Shown here piece by piece: positions 58,512-64,000 of a stretch of DNA of 64,000 bases. The notes beneath the pieces were generated by a model. That model was not told the DNA's origin, did no database searches, and worked only from the letters and a program-made list of their open reading frames with translations. The DNA lies in the IMG/VR virus record IMGVR_UViG_3300037249_001368, positions 114,154 through 178,153 of that record; one strand, given 5' to 3'. Positions within the stretch are counted from its first letter, which is position 1, and every line of letters begins with the position of its first letter. Both the position numbers and the translations under genes were made by a program. The DNA is from a virus (lineage: Duplodnaviria > Caudoviricetes).

Positions 58512-60442
58512 AACCCGACATAACACAGACAGACATAATCAATGTAATCAAAGCCGTCAAGGATAAGTATTCACAGTCGGGAATAAAGTTTGACCAGAAA
58601 CTTACCGTGACGATTTTTACATTGTGCAAGTATTTCTTTTTAGACGACGCACGGTGTGTTGTGTTGCAAGCACCAACTGGTTCAGGTAAATCAGTCATAT
58701 CGTTTATGTTTTCCGAATGTGTGTCCCGCATTATGGCTATAGCCATAGACCGAGGGTATTCATTTGAACAGAAAGCATGCTACTACTTGACGAGTTCAAA
58801 ATCGTTACAGGACCAGATTTCAGGTGATTTAATCAGATTCAAAATTAAGAACAATGTTATCCTTAAGGGTGTAGACAATTACCCGTGTTTGTTTGAAAAG
58901 GGCAAGACATACAAAAATAGGTGTTGTGCAGGTTACTCAGGTGAAGAGATAAATGAGAAGTTTTGGTGTGCCACTGATTGCCCATACAGGTTACAGAGAT
59001 ATTTGGCATCAGAAGCACCAACCGCAACACTGAATTACCACTATTTCTTGAATGTAATGCGTACAGAATTTAAGCCGTTTTTCGACAAGCGGTTTATGAC
59101 CATCTGCGACGAGGCACATAAACTTGATGGAATAATTGATGACACATTCACAACACAGTTTTCTCCGTACCTGCTTGAAGACATAAGCAAGATTGTTGAA
59201 ATGCTTAAGACTGTTAGGTATTTCATCGAAGAAGGTGAGATGGATTTTAAGATGGCTAATGCCAAAGAAATGTTTTTCGATGAGAAAACTTCACCAGAGA
59301 CCTTACTCAACAAGTACGGTGGGATGCTCACCAATTACAAAAACAAATTCCAAAAAGCGCATCAGTACTACAAGAAAATGGATGAGAAGATGCATTCATA
59401 TACACACATCTTGGATGCTCTGACCAAAATCATCGAAAGAATTATTAACATAGAAACCACCATAGATTATTTCAAAGGTGTGAGAAAATCTCGTCCACAG
59501 GATTTGTTCATCAGAACGAGTGTTTGGGGTAATTATAGAGATTCTAAGGACAGAAACAAGTGGATATTTGAAATAAAAGATTTAGACCAGACTCAGAACA
59601 TACAAGCAAACTTTGTTTCCAAATGTAACAAGGTTTTGATGATGTCTGCCACCATTGGTGATTACTATGAAATGATTAAGTTGTTTGGTTTCAGTGAGGA
59701 TGAATCCCGCTACATAAAGTTACCCAACACCTTTGATTTTTCTCATTCACCAATCTACATCACAAATTCGGGCAGCCTCACGAAAAAGAATTTTGATGCC
59801 AATATCGAGGGTTGTATAAACGACGTGGTAACCATTGTCAAAAAACTTCACCCAAATGATAAGGGAATAATTCATACACACACCTTCAATATAAAACAAC
59901 TGCTGCAGGATAGAACCTACATGGATGAAGAGTTACAGAAAAGATTGTTGTTTTATACTGATGCAGAAACCAAGAAAACTGCTATCGAGACTTTGAAAAG
60001 CAATGATTTTCCCTATGTCATTTGCGGGCCATCACTGACTGAAGGAATCGACCTAAGGGACGACCTTGGAAGGTTTAATATACTTATAAAAGTCCCATAC
60101 CCGTACTTAGACCAGTACGCACAGGTTATGTGCAAAAGGTGTGAGTTTTGGTATTCCCGCAAAACTAAGAACGAAATCATACAAGCGATAGGACGCACCA
60201 ATCGTAACAAGAATGATTTTTCAGATGTGTACTTAGTAGACAGCAAGTTCAAGGACATAATCATAGAATTGGACACTGAGATTGTTTCAAGATTACAACA
60301 ACTGAAACTACCAGAATACGAGAAACCACAAATGACACCGATTCACCAAACACCTCCGAAACCTGCCAAAGTCACGGACGGTATGGATGCAATGCTTGAC
60401 TCGGTCATTGACGAAGAATTTACGGATGACCTGCCATTCTAA
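58475..60442 (+). CDS. DinG/XPD-family SF2 helicase
   Basis: APTGSGKS, Cys cluster ending DCPY, DEAH, MSAT, EGIDL, QAIGRTNR. Confidence 0.9.
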   Translation: MAENPQEEYVVVKPDITQTDIINVIKAVKDKYSQSGIKFDQKLTVTIFTLCKYFFLDDARCVVLQAPTGSGKSVISFMFSECVSRIMAIAIDRGYSFEQKACYYLTSSKSLQDQISGDLIRFKIKNNVILKGVDNYPCLFEKGKTYKNRCCAGYSGEEINEKFWCATDCPYRLQRYLASEAPTATLNYHYFLNVMRTEFKPFFDKRFMTICDEAHKLDGIIDDTFTTQFSPYLLEDISKIVEMLKTVRYFIEEGEMDFKMANAKEMFFDEKTSPETLLNKYGGMLTNYKNKFQKAHQYYKKMDEKMHSYTHILDALTKIIERIINIETTIDYFKGVRKSRPQDLFIRTSVWGNYRDSKDRNKWIFEIKDLDQTQNIQANFVSKCNKVLMMSATIGDYYEMIKLFGFSEDESRYIKLPNTFDFSHSPIYITNSGSLTKKNFDANIEGCINDVVTIVKKLHPNDKGIIHTHTFNIKQLLQDRTYMDEELQKRLLFYTDAETKKTAIETLKSNDFPYVICGPSLTEGIDLRDDLGRFNILIKVPYPYLDQYAQVMCKRCEFWYSRKTKNEIIQAIGRTNRNKNDFSDVYLVDSKFKDIIIELDTEIVSRLQQLKLPEYEKPQMTPIHQTPPKPAKVTDGMDAMLDSVIDEEFTDDLPF

Positions 60443-60481
60443 GCACAAAATCTTATTATCAAATCATAAAATCAAAGAACC

Positions 60482-63167
60482 ATGACAGACGAAAAATTGA
60501 AAGAATGTAACGAAGTTTCCGCGATGCTGAAAGACGTGGAAGCAATCGTTGAGAAAATCACAGCAGCACAGCCAACAGAACAGGATGCTAAGACTCCCGA
60601 AATCAGTATTAGACTGGTCATCAACAACAAGGAAGAACGCCGTATGACCATTCCATCAGACAGCCGTGCGACCAAAGAGTTCATGGAAGCCATGAACTCA
60701 TTACAAGGAAAACTTCAGTTCGCATTTAATATGTTGTAGGCTATGTTAGGAGATGTCAAAGGTTACTGCACCATCAAAAGTTTCGATGATGTGTTTATAG
60801 GTGTTTCTGAGGACGACTACCCAGAACTTTATGCTGATATCAAGAAGTCGATTTGCGCTCCGATGCGTATCATTGATATTGCAGTTGACAAGAGCGGTTT
60901 TCTCTGTTTGGAACCAAAAGGTCGCTGCTTGATTGACGTCAGAAATATGGCTTCTGTGGATAAGTACTTCTTTTGCAACGAACTGAACAATATAATTATT
61001 CCTGATTGTGGTGAGAATGTTGCAAGACAGATGTATGAGTGCACTCTTCGTATGATGCGAGTTCCTCATTACGACATGGTTACCAAAGCAGCCGTTATAA
61101 CAAAATCATTACTTGAGGGCAAGTTTTGTGACAGTTGGTTGCTTTACCCAGAAAAAGCAGAATCAGCAGCAGTGTACGAAGATGCACCTCAATAATCAAA
61201 TAGCAGAAGGCTTAATTGACCAGATTCTTGATAGGATAAACACATACAAAAAATGTGTACATCATCTCACTGAAAAAGGTATCGAGGGTTATATCATAGA
61301 AACTGAGCAACCAGGACACATGACCATTTCCGTTGAGGATTTAGATGCACGGGAATACACACTTGAACAGACAGAGTGCCCTGATGTGTTATCAGAGGAA
61401 CTCATGTATGATGTGCTGGAGGGAACATTCCTTGATGATAATTTCGAGGTTTTGAACTTACGCCCAATGCGGTGGCAAGATTGGTATAATGAACGCATTG
61501 ACAACATTCAAAATACCATAAAAACTTTGTCAGAATACATAGACCACAATAAGCATCGTTTCTAATGACAAATTACCCCGCAATCAAATTACCTGAGAAA
61601 TACTTATCACTGGATTTGCAAGGTGTGTATAAACCAACTACATACATTGTGAAGGCCAGAGATTATTTCTATTCAGACGGTTATGATGAACCTGTTTCTG
61701 ATGATTACATCATACAGGAATTTATGCAGGAAGAGGTCATATCATTGGTTGAGTATTACATGCCTGACCTTAAGGACGTAACCCTTAAAACCATAAACTA
61801 TGAGTATCTGAAAATAATGGAGTCATACAGTGAACACGCGGTTGTTCTCATGAAAGCCATTTACGGTTACTTGGTGACTTCTACTGATTCAGAAGCAAAT
61901 AGTTATATGTTGGCGTTGGTGCCAATCACCGAAGACCAATTCCTGAGAATCAAAGCCAACGAACCTCGTCTGAAAGGTTTCAGTTATGAATCATTCATTA
62001 CCAATCTGTTTAAGAAAATGGAGGCAAAATTTGAGAAAACCCTCAGAAAGAAATTCCCTCCGTACCTCTACAAAAACGTAAACAATCAACTTAAAAAAAT
62101 ACTGTAATGGGAGCAGGAAACATATTTTTACTGCCAGTTGAAATTGGCTCAGAAAAGGTTTGTGAACCTAAAACATATTACGTCGAAGAAGAATTTCTGA
62201 ATACTATCGGTTGCTTCATCGACGAAGAAATGGATTTCATGGACTGGGATTTGAAAGATGTCTGTGAGCATCTGCAAATCATGTTTAAGAAGAAATTCCC
62301 AAATTGGGAGTTTGGTGAAGGACAACAGGTATCAGGAGTCTTCTCAGAAATTCGCAACAGCAACGCTATGCTGGTGCTTGAGGAAAAGAACTCATTATGT
62401 CAGATTGTAGCCACCGTGAGTCAGTACGATGACTACAGAGTTGCGTTTGGAATCATACCTGGTGATTATGACAAGTTCGTTGATTACGCAGTGTACTACG
62501 GCAGTGCCGAAAGTGAGGCATTTGCCAGAAAGTACGGGATTCCCGCCAATGTAGACCCAGTGGAGCAGGAACACATCCTCGAAAAAGCATACAAGAAATT
62601 CGTGAAGCAGTACTACACCAAACAAGCCGCTGCTTTCGAGAATTATTTGAAAACATCAGGTTATTTCAAAGGCATGGTTTCATACAGAACCAGTGCATGG
62701 ACCTCAGGATTACTCTAATGGAGATAAACAATAAATTATAATCATATATAATTTTTCATAATATGTCTGATATCAAAAAACATTACCTGTGTCTTGAGCG
62801 TTGTCATTACGCGGATGGCTCTGTTGGTGATGTAGAAACATCATACGGGTCGATGAAACCGAAAATTGGTGAAAAATTTGAAACAGTTTTTTGGTTCAAA
62901 GGTTACGACACAGCATTTGGCTACGAAGCATACAAGGCGTTGTGTAAAAGAATCCAAGCTTACAAAGGTAAAATCAGCGACGAGTTTGCCAAAGACCTTG
63001 CCGAAGATGTTATCAGAAATTATGATGACGACCAGGCAATGTGGGATTATGAAACAAAAATCACGAAAATTCAGAGAGAAATCGAGAGATTGCCGAAAGA
63101 ATCCCGTGATTATGGTCTGGTTTGTGAAGTCATGAAAAATATAGAAACGATAGTAAATCACCAATGA
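60482..63167 (+). CDS. cluster of hypothetical ORFs (60482-60739, 60743-61195, 61182-61565, 61565-62107, 62107-62718, 62763-63167)
   Basis: abutting plus-strand ORFs, no motifs recognised. Confidence 0.65.
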
Positions 63168-63676
63168 TATACAGAATTTTATTTGCGGATTTGGATGACA
63201 CCATCATAACTACCAAGACAGGCAGAAAATTTCCTCATGGTATTTATGATTGGAAATTCAAAGATGGGATTTTGGAAGCAATCAAGGCTTATAACCCATC
63301 AGCAATTTTCATAGTCACTAACCAAGGTGGTCTGAAATCCACAATGGTGGTGAATATGTTCAAGTACAAAATCAGTACAATCCTGATTTATCTGACTAAT
63401 TATCTTGTGAGGTACAAGGAAATGGTTAAAATGCCTTACACGAATTATAAATTCTGTCTGACAACCGACGAAAACGACCCTGACAGGAAGCCCAATCCTG
63501 GCATGATAAACTATTTCATAGACTTGTATAACTTAGACCGTGACAAATGTCTTATGATTGGTGACGCCAGTGGTAAGGATGGTGATTTCTCTGATTCTGA
63601 CAAGAAAGCAGCAGAAAATGCAGGAATCGGTTATATGGATGTGGAACAATTCATTAACAAATATAAACAATCATGA
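63164..63676 (+). CDS. HAD-IIIA DNA/polynucleotide 3'-phosphatase
   Basis: DLDDT, TNQGG, RKPNPGM, GDASG...FSDSD. Confidence 0.88.
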   Translation: MIYRILFADLDDTIITTKTGRKFPHGIYDWKFKDGILEAIKAYNPSAIFIVTNQGGLKSTMVVNMFKYKISTILIYLTNYLVRYKEMVKMPYTNYKFCLTTDENDPDRKPNPGMINYFIDLYNLDRDKCLMIGDASGKDGDFSDSDKKAAENAGIGYMDVEQFINKYKQS

Positions 63677-63954
63677 CATTTATTAACATAATCTGTCCGT
63701 CGCAGAACGACGCTGAGGATTATCCTCAAATCGCTAAGGATGCTCTGACATCTGAAATTAAGCTCATTTATGCTGTGAAAACCGAAGGCAAGGTCTTTAT
63801 ACTGTTCGTCGGCGAAAGTGAGTTCATGGAATCTTCTGTGGTTAAAACCAACCTCAATATGGCTCTGCCGAAGGAAACCTCCATCATTGTTTCCGAGCTT
63901 CGTGGTGACACTAATAAACCAATGCTCTTTGGTGAATTTGATGTTCTTTCATGA
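63673..63954 (+). CDS. hypothetical protein
   Basis: 93-aa ORF, ATGA coupling. Confidence 0.6.
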   Translation: MTFINIICPSQNDAEDYPQIAKDALTSEIKLIYAVKTEGKVFILFVGESEFMESSVVKTNLNMALPKETSIIVSELRGDTNKPMLFGEFDVLS

Positions 63955-64000
63955 AAGAGATAATTTCCGAATACGACCCTCGGACTGGGGAATATCAGAG

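Noticed and set aside
178-63164. Numerous minus-strand ORFs in the track
   Set aside because: All are antisense shadows of well-supported plus-strand genes, with no motifs or dedicated promoters.
1-64000. Stop-codon reassignment (Lak/crAss-type TAG or TGA recoding)
   Set aside because: Long conserved genes are intact in the standard code, and TAG, TGA and TAA all end genes at natural C-termini (e.g. NrdJ ends in TAG).
1-64000. CRISPR array, tandem repeat array, reverse transcriptase, integrase or transposase
   Set aside because: No regularly spaced direct repeats or diagnostic motifs found by eye; the repeat-like stretch near 45520-45570 is low-complexity Pro/Gln coding.

Overview
A 64-kb, almost entirely plus-strand, gene-dense segment of a large T4-superfamily-like (jumbo) dsDNA myophage. 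The host is most plausibly a Bacteroidota species (inference: A-rich starts without Shine-Dalgarno sites and several Bacteroides/crAss-phage-type small proteins). The standard genetic code reads cleanly. The replication/recombination set includes a gp32-like SSB, UvsW-like helicase, clamp loader, RNase H/5'-3' exonuclease, an intein-containing PrimPol-SF2 helicase, a single-chain Mre11-Rad50 fusion, NAD-dependent ligase, a gp52-like topoisomerase II subunit, a DinG-like helicase and a PNK 3'-phosphatase. Nucleotide metabolism genes are dCMP deaminase, ThyX, dUTPase, class II RNR and a Nudix hydrolase. Morphogenesis genes are gp2-, gp15-, gp26- and gp51-like. Accessory genes include a GH16 hydrolase, a radical SAM protein, an intact and a degenerate DNA methyltransferase, an intact and a degenerate PRTase, a bL12-domain protein and DUF3008/DUF3310 proteins. 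The non-coding signals are the most notable part: (i) a ~650-nt GC-richer, hairpin-dense region surrounding an atypical initiator tRNA (candidate large ncRNA, just upstream of the PRTase pair); (ii) a bipartite promoter TCWRMCTAA-N16-RGTW with 13 exact-spacer copies; (iii) a recurring tandem-GA hairpin at gene ends; (iv) U-rich CAT-containing pre-terminator tracts that look antisense to translation starts. All family calls are motif recognition by eye, not database searches.
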